64,000 nt of DNA from a virus. The stretch is taken from IMG/VR virus record IMGVR_UViG_3300042558_005646. One strand, 5' to 3'. The notes below the pieces were generated by a model. It saw nothing but the letters and a program-made list of their open reading frames with translations, was not told the origin of the DNA and made no database searches. Shown here one piece after another: positions 48,522 to 56,141 of the stretch; within the stretch, counting starts at the first letter, position 1; each line of letters begins with the position of its first letter. The translations under genes and the position numbers were made by a program.

Positions 48522-51219
48522 TTGCATCTCCAGGTTTTTCAGAATCTAACTTATCAGATTTATCAAAGGGTGATCCTGTATTAACTTGATTTGGGCTTGT
48601 AGGTAATTTTGTCAATCCTGTGTTTGTTGGAAGCTTCATCATAGGAGAAATTTTGTCAGGATTTTTCAATAAATCCATTTTTTCATAATATTCTTTTCTA
48701 AGTTTATCCAAAGCTTGTTGTTCTTCTGACCTGATTTTACTAACTTGAGCTAAAATTCCATTTGGAGAAGCAATAATATTTGCCATAGGAATTCCTAATT
48801 TTTTCAAAGTGTTTAATTGTGTTTGTAGAGGTTTGAGTTTTTGCAGAAGTTGTCTTTTTCTCATCATGTGTTCTGCAATATTTTTCATGCTCGACCACTC
48901 AGCTTTCTTTGCTTGAATTTCAATAAGATCTTTTTCCAAAGCAGATAAAAGTCCGCTAGCTTGAGCTTGTTGAGCCTGATCAAGATTCTTAGTATTTTTC
49001 AAAGCATTTCTGAGTAAGTTAACATTAGCTTTGAACTGATTTTCAATTTGAGTGCAGAAATTTAAGAAATCTTTGAGTTTTGCTTGAAAGTCTACTGGCA
49101 AATCTCCAACTGTTGTTTCAGGCTGTCTTGGATTACCTGTTTGAACTGCTTGAGATTCTGCAGCTTGTAAATTATCTTCCTTAATACGAAGCTGCTCCAT
49201 GAAGTAAGTTCTTTGAACTGCAAATCTACCAAAAGCTGAAGCATCAGCATCTGAAATTCCCAGCGCAATCATTGTCTCTCTATTATTAGATAAAATTAAT
49301 TTACCTTGGTCTGTAAGGTTTCCATTGTTGTCAAAGAACATAGAACTCTGAGGAGCGTTTCCACCTACTATGTTAAGCTCTAAGAATACTTGTATCAATG
49401 TATTTTTAAGGCCAATTACTACAGGTCCTATCAATTTAATCAAGCTGTCCCAATCAGATTCAGCTAACACAGCCGCTGCTCTTGGTGCTAGTATAAATGT
49501 TGCTATTACAGTACCTACAGAAACAATTATATTTACAGCTTGAGTTATCTTGGCTGTTAATTCGTCTCCGCCAGGTCTAGTAATACCTTGCTGTGGGCTT
49601 TTTTGAGATTTCTTCACAAGACTGAAAGAATTTTGATTTGTATTTCCATTTTTCAATGAAATATCTTGATTATATGCAGTTTTTGACTGACCAGACAATG
49701 AAACAATGATATTGCTGAATACGTTTTCTAAATCTTGAGTTGTCAACTTTCCTTGAATAATTAACTGGTATATTTTTTTAATACCATTTATCAACGAATT
49801 GAAAAAATTTGTTATCTTGGTAATAATTCCTTTCAATTTAAGTTTATTTAAAACATTAGTAATGCTATTAAGTGTATCAGTTGCTGTTTTACCTATACTA
49901 TCTAAAATTTGCTTGACAAAATTTCCAGCAAGTTGAAGTTCTTGGGGAGTGGGTTTATTTGCTGCTGGAGCTGTTGCAGCAGCTGGAGCTGTTTGCGCAT
50001 AAATATGTCTTGTAATATCTGGACTAGCTAATTTTAAAAATCTATATTGCTCATTAGAAAAGGGTTGTCTTCCCTCATTTTGAGTAGGAAATACGTTCTC
50101 TCTTTCAATTTGTTGTTCTGGATAAGTAATTCTTGGATTAGTAGGATTAGATTCTGCGCCAAAAATTGAATTGAGTTGATTTAATAATATACCACCAGCT
50201 TTTAAATCATAGAACATGTCTTTAAGAGCTCTATACAAAGGATTGCTCAGTAGTAATTTGAAACCAGGACCAATAAAATTTATAAGCATTTTTTCTAACT
50301 GAAGATTCATTTCTTCAGTTTTCATCATGTCATAGATAGCTCTTTGCATGTTGACTTTTTCTTGTGCATTTCTTAGAGCATCTCTGCTTTTCTGGAATCG
50401 TCTTCTTATTTCTTCATCTTGATCAGGAAGGCTTGCTTGTGAAAGCATAATTAAGTTATTGAAAACTAATTGTGAATCTGGATCTTTTGATAAATAACCA
50501 AGATTAACTTTTGGTTGTTTACCAGCTACAGCATCTCCTAAGACGGAAAAAATATCTACAGTGGGATTTAATTTTTGATATTCACAAGCTAACTCAATAA
50601 TTCTCTTTGTATTGGCGCCTTGAAGTTTTTGACCATAATGAGCTAAGTAAAAATTTATTAAATCTTTTACTTTTGCATAACAAGATCTTGATTGCTGGAT
50701 ACAAAATTCTAAGATTCCAATAGTTTCTGTGAAAGGAAGTTTTAATTCATCAAGAAATCTGTAAAAAACTTCTCCTATATCTTTGTCAGACATATGAGGT
50801 TTTAATCTTGCAATTATCTGATCCTTTTGAGAAAGAAATGGCGCATAAGCTTCAGCTCCTTCACCAACTCTTTCGGCTCCTCCAGTCAAGTAATCAGTAA
50901 TCATGCTAGCTGGATCATTTCCAGAACTAGAAGAACTTGATCCTGATGATGGTGTTGAAATTTTCTTAGTAAATTCAAACATCTTTTCAGGATCACTAAG
51001 TATAGTTTTGACTTCAGGATGATTCATGATAGATTTTTTATCAGCTTCATTTGCGGCTTTGGCCAAAGCTTTTAAAATGTCATCAACCGTATTATATGTT
51101 CCAGCAGTAACCATTCTTTTTTCAAGAATCATTCCACTTGTAACAATATTAATATTATTATTGTCAATATTTTCAGTTGTAATAGAAGCTGTTATGCTAT
51201 CATTGAATACAAATTTCAT
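48514..51219 (-). CDS. Large alpha-helical protein with hydrophobic segments, possible internal/ejection protein (about 901 aa)
   Basis: Start moved to ATG 51219 (MKFVFND), 5 nt after the upstream stop. Helical and coiled-coil character, S-rich and A/P-rich linkers, hydrophobic stretch AVNIIVSVGTVIATFILAPRAAAVLA. The function is inferred. Confidence 0.5.
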   Translation of the reverse strand: MKFVFNDSITASITTENIDNNNINIVTSGMILEKRMVTAGTYNTVDDILKALAKAANEADKKSIMNHPEVKTILSDPEKMFEFTKKISTPSSGSSSSSSGNDPASMITDYLTGGAERVGEGAEAYAPFLSQKDQIIARLKPHMSDKDIGEVFYRFLDELKLPFTETIGILEFCIQQSRSCYAKVKDLINFYLAHYGQKLQGANTKRIIELACEYQKLNPTVDIFSVLGDAVAGKQPKVNLGYLSKDPDSQLVFNNLIMLSQASLPDQDEEIRRRFQKSRDALRNAQEKVNMQRAIYDMMKTEEMNLQLEKMLINFIGPGFKLLLSNPLYRALKDMFYDLKAGGILLNQLNSIFGAESNPTNPRITYPEQQIERENVFPTQNEGRQPFSNEQYRFLKLASPDITRHIYAQTAPAAATAPAANKPTPQELQLAGNFVKQILDSIGKTATDTLNSITNVLNKLKLKGIITKITNFFNSLINGIKKIYQLIIQGKLTTQDLENVFSNIIVSLSGQSKTAYNQDISLKNGNTNQNSFSLVKKSQKSPQQGITRPGGDELTAKITQAVNIIVSVGTVIATFILAPRAAAVLAESDWDSLIKLIGPVVIGLKNTLIQVFLELNIVGGNAPQSSMFFDNNGNLTDQGKLILSNNRETMIALGISDADASAFGRFAVQRTYFMEQLRIKEDNLQAAESQAVQTGNPRQPETTVGDLPVDFQAKLKDFLNFCTQIENQFKANVNLLRNALKNTKNLDQAQQAQASGLLSALEKDLIEIQAKKAEWSSMKNIAEHMMRKRQLLQKLKPLQTQLNTLKKLGIPMANIIASPNGILAQVSKIRSEEQQALDKLRKEYYEKMDLLKNPDKISPMMKLPTNTGLTKLPTSPNQVNTGSPFDKSDKLDSEKPGDANV

Positions 51220-51224
51220 AAAGT

Positions 51225-51401
51225 TTATTCTGCTTTTGTAATTTTGAATGTAGATGTTGAACAGTGAGGACATTTACCTTGAAGTGCATGTCTACTACTT
51301 TTCATTACAATTTTCTTTGGTGCTGTAACCATAACCATAGTTCTGCACTTTACACAATACATATGATGTGTGGTTCCTGCGTTTGTAATTTCTGAACTCA
51401 T
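51225..51401 (-). CDS. DUF5679-like small zinc-ribbon protein (58 aa)
   Basis: AAGGAG SD 9 nt before ATG 51401; MYCVKCR...MKSSRHALQGKCPHCSTSTFKI matches the YCVKCK...MKNGRxAxxGxCPxCG pattern of DUF5679. Confidence 0.75.
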   Translation of the reverse strand: MSSEITNAGTTHHMYCVKCRTMVMVTAPKKIVMKSSRHALQGKCPHCSTSTFKITKAE

Positions 51402-51478
51402 TTTTAGAGACTCCTTTAATAAGATTTCAAAAAGTATTGTACAAATACCTTTAAACTCTGAACAATTTATAAGCAAAT
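51402..51478. promoter_or_regulatory. Divergent control region between the two structural gene blocks
   Basis: This is the only strand switch among real genes. The minus strand has TTGTTC-N18-TACAAT (51465-51436), and an imperfect palindrome GTATTGTACAAATAC overlaps it. Confidence 0.5.
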
Positions 51479-51823
51479 ATGCCTAGATACGAATACTTGT
51501 GCGAATGTGAAACTGAACCTAAAACATTCACAATTTCTCTTTCCTTTAATGATTACCAACCTGTAATTCCTTGTCCTTGTGGCAAAGGAGAAGCAAAAAG
51601 ACTTTTTAACACTTTTTCTGTTCAAGAAGGATTGACTGCTAAAGAAAAACAGTTTGGCACATCAGTCAAAAGAAAGCAAATGAGTGATTTTGTCAAGGAA
51701 CAAAAATCAATAAGAAAAGCTTCTTATGATCCCAATTCGAGAGAATCTAAATCAAATGAGAATTGGACGGGAAAAGAAGGTTTGGACGGTATAACATCAT
51801 TACCAATAAACAAAAAGGATTGA
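51479..51823 (+). CDS. FmdB-family zinc-ribbon protein (114 aa)
   Basis: MPRYEYLCEC...F...CPCG...AKRLF matches the FmdB MPxYEYxC...CPxCG...R pattern, with CxC rather than CxxC spacing. Confidence 0.75.
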   Translation: MPRYEYLCECETEPKTFTISLSFNDYQPVIPCPCGKGEAKRLFNTFSVQEGLTAKEKQFGTSVKRKQMSDFVKEQKSIRKASYDPNSRESKSNENWTGKEGLDGITSLPINKKD

Positions 51824-51827
51824 AAAA

Positions 51828-52616
51828 ATGAATGAGAGCGTAAATCAAGAGCCAGAATCATTTATAGTGCAGAATGTTACTCTTGGTCCACACTATGTAA
51901 GTGATATTAGATTAAATTTTGGACCATTGCAAGCTATTGACCTTACTTGGGAAGACCCAAAAGTAGTAAAAGCTTCAAAAGATCTAAGAAATTCAATTAG
52001 ATTGGGATTATTGAAGAAAATTTCTCCTGAACAATTTGATAATATTGAAGAAAAAGCAGCTATTAAGGGTAAGAAAGAATTACTCAAACAACAGAATAAC
52101 AATAATCTTAGAACTGTTGATGTAGATGGAAAAACTATTGAAGCTGAAAGCATTGATGCAGAAAAAGCATATGCAAATAAAGAAAATTCTGTGACCACTG
52201 CAGGATATGCCAATGACTCTCTTTCTTATGCTATGGCACTTGATATTGCGCAAACCCAAGCTCAACTTCAAGGAGATGATTTATCAGTCGAAGAGTTCGC
52301 TGAAAGAGTTCAGAAAAACCCTGCTATCATCAATCACCTCTTAGCACAACAAAAAAACTTGGATGCTAATAGTTCAGTATCTGGAGTAGAAACCAGAGGA
52401 CGTGCATTTGTTGCTGAACCTCCTGGAGATGCAGTTAGAGGATCTACAGTAAGAGAAGTTGAGATGACAAACTACAATCGAGATAGAAGAGTAGCTGGAG
52501 CAGACTTCAATTATCTTGACACTCCAGAAGATGACGGCTACGATTCAATTGCAGATGCTATTGATTTAGAAGCAGATATGGCAGATGGAGAAGAGGGCTC
52601 AATCAGAAGAGTTTAG
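51828..52616 (+). CDS. Hypothetical acidic protein (262 aa)
   Basis: AAGGA SD 8 nt upstream; compact N-terminal domain followed by an acidic, probably disordered region. Confidence 0.8.
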   Translation: MNESVNQEPESFIVQNVTLGPHYVSDIRLNFGPLQAIDLTWEDPKVVKASKDLRNSIRLGLLKKISPEQFDNIEEKAAIKGKKELLKQQNNNNLRTVDVDGKTIEAESIDAEKAYANKENSVTTAGYANDSLSYAMALDIAQTQAQLQGDDLSVEEFAERVQKNPAIINHLLAQQKNLDANSSVSGVETRGRAFVAEPPGDAVRGSTVREVEMTNYNRDRRVAGADFNYLDTPEDDGYDSIADAIDLEADMADGEEGSIRRV

Positions 52617-52634
52617 AAAATTTAATCTAGACTG

Positions 52635-52672
52635 AATAAAGGCTATCCAGTCGGATGGCCTTTATTTTTTTT
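52635..52672 (+). terminator. Intrinsic terminator, possibly bidirectional
   Basis: AATAAAGGCTATCC-AGTC-GGATGGCCTTTATT stem-loop (one G:U pair) followed by a T-run; A-rich on the 5' side. Confidence 0.8.
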
Positions 52673-52681
52673 GGAGAAATT

Positions 52682-53791
52682 ATGGCAAACGATTTTTCGG
52701 CTCAATCATTTACAAATAGTACGTTAGTTTACTACAACACACAACCATCATATCCTGGAATATTCATTGAATGGGAAAGAACTGGTGCAGAAAATGTTGC
52801 CTTTTACAAGATTCAAAAAAGTTCAAACTTTGAAGGCACATACACTACAATAGCAACAGTAGATTATCCCACAAACGAAGGGGTTGACACTAATGGTTCT
52901 CCTTCAGATTATTACAGAATCCAAGAAGTAGATTCTAACGGAAATGTACTCTCTACATCTTCACCAATGCTAGGAGATGAATTACTCGTAAAAAGCTCTT
53001 TAAGATATGAATTAGAGCACCTTTTGAACATTCCTATCTATGATGAAGAAGTAATTTTTAGAAGAAGTAGAAGTGTTGGATCTGTAGCCTTTCCTTTTTG
53101 GAATTCAGTACCAAAACCAGAAGTTAGAATTAGTGGGCCATCAAACCAAGGCGATAGAGATCCAATGATTCAATTGTCAGAAACAGTTCCAATTTATTCA
53201 ACTATCAATACAACATTTGATCCTATTATCAAAAATAGAGATGGTTATGAATCTCAATACACTAATGGAAACAATTATCCAGATGGTTTGAGAGTCAAAT
53301 ATGACTTTATGGGAAATATCTATTTTATTGACGCAAATGGCGATCCTGTAGAAATTCATAGCTATGACAATGTGTTAGTTTCATACAGCATAAAAATGAT
53401 TACAAATGACCATATGAATTCTAGTCTTTACATGGCATTACAAGCAATAAATTCACAACCTGGTGCAAGTAAATACAGAACAGTATCAGCAGCACCTTAT
53501 TTTTATGACCCAGCTTTAGTCTATGGAGCAGCATATTATATATTGAGAAGTCTGCTTACAAGTCTTACGAACAGGCAAAGAAGATTACTTATTGAAGATC
53601 CAGATGCAAGGATTACAGATGATATAAGGCAATCAGCTACTATGTACAAAGAAGATTTTGAAAAGATGTTAGAAAAATTACCAATTGCTACATACCCAGG
53701 AATAAGAGCCGTTGTTGTACCAGAGTTTAATATGCCAGGAGGAAGAAGTAGATTTTTCAGATATATCTGGAATATTGGTACTGGAGGGTAA
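52682..53791 (+). CDS. Putative neck/head-completion protein with an N-terminal Fn3-like domain (about 369 aa)
   Basis: GGAG SD supports ATG 52682. Fn3-like IFIEWERTGAENVAFYKIQKSS...YYRIQEVDSNG; C-terminal helical adaptor-like ITNDHMNSSLYMALQAINSQP...ALVYGAAYYILRSL. Confidence 0.45.
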   Translation: MANDFSAQSFTNSTLVYYNTQPSYPGIFIEWERTGAENVAFYKIQKSSNFEGTYTTIATVDYPTNEGVDTNGSPSDYYRIQEVDSNGNVLSTSSPMLGDELLVKSSLRYELEHLLNIPIYDEEVIFRRSRSVGSVAFPFWNSVPKPEVRISGPSNQGDRDPMIQLSETVPIYSTINTTFDPIIKNRDGYESQYTNGNNYPDGLRVKYDFMGNIYFIDANGDPVEIHSYDNVLVSYSIKMITNDHMNSSLYMALQAINSQPGASKYRTVSAAPYFYDPALVYGAAYYILRSLLTSLTNRQRRLLIEDPDARITDDIRQSATMYKEDFEKMLEKLPIATYPGIRAVVVPEFNMPGGRSRFFRYIWNIGTGG

Positions 53792-53935
53792 TTTGTTTAT
53801 TTGCTTAATGTAGCAAATATTTAATTTAAAATTTTAATTAATAAATTTCTTAATTAAAATATCTTTTAATATAATCTTTAATATTAAATCTTAATTCCCA
53901 TTATTAATGGGTGTAAAAAAACAGAAAGATAAAGG
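53792..53935. other. Extremely AT-rich intergenic region with hairpins and degenerate repeats
   Basis: TATTTGCT-N6-AGCAAATA hairpin (53798-53819); no G on the + strand over 53814-53908; ATCTT(T)nAAT repeats; TATAAT at 53870; palindrome CCCATTA-T-TAATGGG (53897-53911). Confidence 0.7.
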
Positions 53936-53941
53936 GTGGAA

Positions 53942-54358
53942 ATGATGAACAGAGTGATAAAGGTATTGGACGACATCAAGACAAGAGTAGCACAAGTAAA
54001 CCCAGAATTGAGCGACAAGATTAATAATGCAGTCTTTGATATGGGTGAAAGTGATTCTTTGATGGATGAAGGATCACTAAACAGAGATGTAAGTCCAAAA
54101 ATAGAATCTTTCGCTAGACCAAGACCAAACGTGTCTGTAGTTGGAGACGATGGAACAGTGCATAGTTTTGCCGTAGAAATCAAAGCAAAGCACAATGGAC
54201 CAATTCCAGATACACAGCTTATGTCTAAAATTCTTCAAGCAGTCGAAGATCATTCAGGAAACACAAGAGATTTTGCAGCTGGAGATGCTCCTGAATCAAA
54301 TTCTTTTGAGGTAGTTAGCTTCAAATACGAAAGAAGAGACGACAAAAAGAAGCAATAG
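53942..54358 (+). CDS. Hypothetical protein (about 138 aa)
   Basis: ATG preceded by AGGGTGG; N-terminal IKTRVAQ motif. Confidence 0.75.
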   Translation: MMNRVIKVLDDIKTRVAQVNPELSDKINNAVFDMGESDSLMDEGSLNRDVSPKIESFARPRPNVSVVGDDGTVHSFAVEIKAKHNGPIPDTQLMSKILQAVEDHSGNTRDFAAGDAPESNSFEVVSFKYERRDDKKKQ

Positions 54359-54362
54359 ACTG

Positions 54363-54368
54363 TAAAAT
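54363..54368 (+). promoter_or_regulatory. Candidate -10 element for the leaderless double-zinc-ribbon gene
   Basis: TAAAAT TATTTC ATG; no SD. Confidence 0.4.
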
Positions 54369-54374
54369 TATTTC

Positions 54375-54923
54375 ATGGACGAAGATCAGATCAAGGCTCT
54401 CAGAGCATCATTTACAAACCCTCATCGAGAAGATTTGCCCAAGCCTAAAGTAAATAAGTTTGGGCATACAGTGCTTGGAGATGAAATGGAAATGTCTGAT
54501 CAAGAAATTGAACTCAAAATCGATGAATCTGGGGCATTAAGCGCTGAACCAAAGCAAAGTCTTTTTGATAGTCCAAAATTTCAAAAATGGGCAGAAAATC
54601 AACCTATATTGAAGACTTCTGAGCGTGAAGAACAAGTGTTGGAAGCTCAAGTGGAAGAAAAAAGTTCAATAGTTCCAAATACAGTCAATATTGCAGATTT
54701 GATTTCTGAACTTGACGAGATGGATGGCACTACTGAACGTAAGCAAATTGAAAAGCGTCAAATGAAAAATTGTGCAAATGAAAAATGCTTATATGCTTTG
54801 CCAATTGATGCTAAATTTTGTTTGAAATGCGGCACTGCTCAATTAGCTAAGTTCTGTATAGAATGTGGTTTTCAGTTTTTAGCAATGGAGAAGTTTTGCC
54901 CTGATTGTGGGAATAAAAGATAG
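54375..54923 (+). CDS. Double zinc ribbon (DZR) protein with an acidic N-terminus (182 aa)
   Basis: C-terminal CANEKC...AKFCLKCG...KFCIECG...EKFCPDCG, four Cys pairs. Confidence 0.85.
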   Translation: MDEDQIKALRASFTNPHREDLPKPKVNKFGHTVLGDEMEMSDQEIELKIDESGALSAEPKQSLFDSPKFQKWAENQPILKTSEREEQVLEAQVEEKSSIVPNTVNIADLISELDEMDGTTERKQIEKRQMKNCANEKCLYALPIDAKFCLKCGTAQLAKFCIECGFQFLAMEKFCPDCGNKR

Positions 54924-54957
54924 GTAAAGGACTTCGATACCTAGTATTTTCTTTATT

Positions 54958-55638
54958 ATGGAACGCTCTTGGTATCATATAGCAAAAGAATGCACTGCCT
55001 TACGTAAAAATGTCTTAAGAATAGATTTATGTATCTTTATTGATGAAGAAAAAGCATTTTCAAATGAAGATTACTTAAACTCAACAATCAAATCAATTCT
55101 TACTTCAGCTATAATTAATGGCTTAGACATTGTGGGAATATTGTCTCCTAGAAGTCCAGCGGTAGGCCTGAGAGCAAAACAAATGGCAATTGAACAACAA
55201 ATGGATATCAATGTTGTTCCTGGTCAGACATACATTTGTACTGGTAAAGAAGAATTATATATTTACAATTTGGCAAAACCCGTACCAGCAAATTTATCAA
55301 TAGACAAAGCTTGTGGATACGTGCATGACAACAATGGTTTTGTATTAGCCACAAATGTTAATTCAAAATTGGGACAAGTCTTAAGCAAACTTCAAGGCAG
55401 CAAGTTTGCTCCTGATGGAGTAGAAATTTTTAATGCTAAATCTGGTGGATATAGAGATATCGATATTGATTTTCCTAGATTTGTAAATTCTGGATCAACT
55501 TCAGCAGCAGATTTAGATGATTCAAATGTTTTTTCTCTTTTACCAAGAAAAACAGCTCAAGAAATGGGATTGATACAGGGAGATCAAGGTATTGATTATA
55601 CTCCCAAATATTTAAAGCCGAACACAGGAGTAGTATAA
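54958..55638 (+). CDS. PHP-fold protein lacking metal-binding residues (226 aa)
   Basis: The PHP scaffold motifs are in order (RIDLCIF, GLDIVGI, VVPGQT, GFVLATN, DGVEIFNA, SGSTS), but the His/Asp ligands are replaced. Confidence 0.7.
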   Translation: MERSWYHIAKECTALRKNVLRIDLCIFIDEEKAFSNEDYLNSTIKSILTSAIINGLDIVGILSPRSPAVGLRAKQMAIEQQMDINVVPGQTYICTGKEELYIYNLAKPVPANLSIDKACGYVHDNNGFVLATNVNSKLGQVLSKLQGSKFAPDGVEIFNAKSGGYRDIDIDFPRFVNSGSTSAADLDDSNVFSLLPRKTAQEMGLIQGDQGIDYTPKYLKPNTGVV

Positions 55639-56132
55639 TGCCACGTTCTTATTGCACAACTAATGATGTCAAACAATACCTTCCACCAAATGTAGTTACA
55701 GAAGGTGACAATCCAATTCCAAACTTTAGAAATCCTACTCCAGAATCAGCATCAAATATTGATTTAGATTTCTTCATTCAACAAGCTTCTGCAGAAATTG
55801 ATGCAAATTTGGCAACTATGTATGATGTTCCATTGAAGCAAGTCAATATTGGTGGAGACGTTTCATATCCACACCCTGTGCCAGTTATTTGCGCAATTCT
55901 GTCTGCACAAATGTACTATATGCAAGCATTACAGGGTGCTGATCCTCAATACTCTGAAGCGCAAAAATCAAGATTTGATTTTGCACAAAATGAAATTGTA
56001 AGAATTCAAAATGGTGAAATCAGATTATTTGGTCAAAGAAATACTCGTGGAGATAGATTTGTAAGATCTACTTTAAGGGGTGTTGTCAGCAATCCTACAG
56101 AAGGCAAAAGATCAAAGGGTCAAAATCAATAG
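55638..56132 (+). CDS. Mu gp36/DUF1320-like head-tail adaptor (164 aa)
   Basis: YCTTNDVKQYLP...IQQASAEIDANLATMYDVPL...ICAILSAQMYY...AQNEIVRIQNGEIRL matches the gp36 pattern. Confidence 0.8.
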   Translation: MPRSYCTTNDVKQYLPPNVVTEGDNPIPNFRNPTPESASNIDLDFFIQQASAEIDANLATMYDVPLKQVNIGGDVSYPHPVPVICAILSAQMYYMQALQGADPQYSEAQKSRFDFAQNEIVRIQNGEIRLFGQRNTRGDRFVRSTLRGVVSNPTEGKRSKGQNQ

Positions 56133-56141
56133 GTGAAATAA

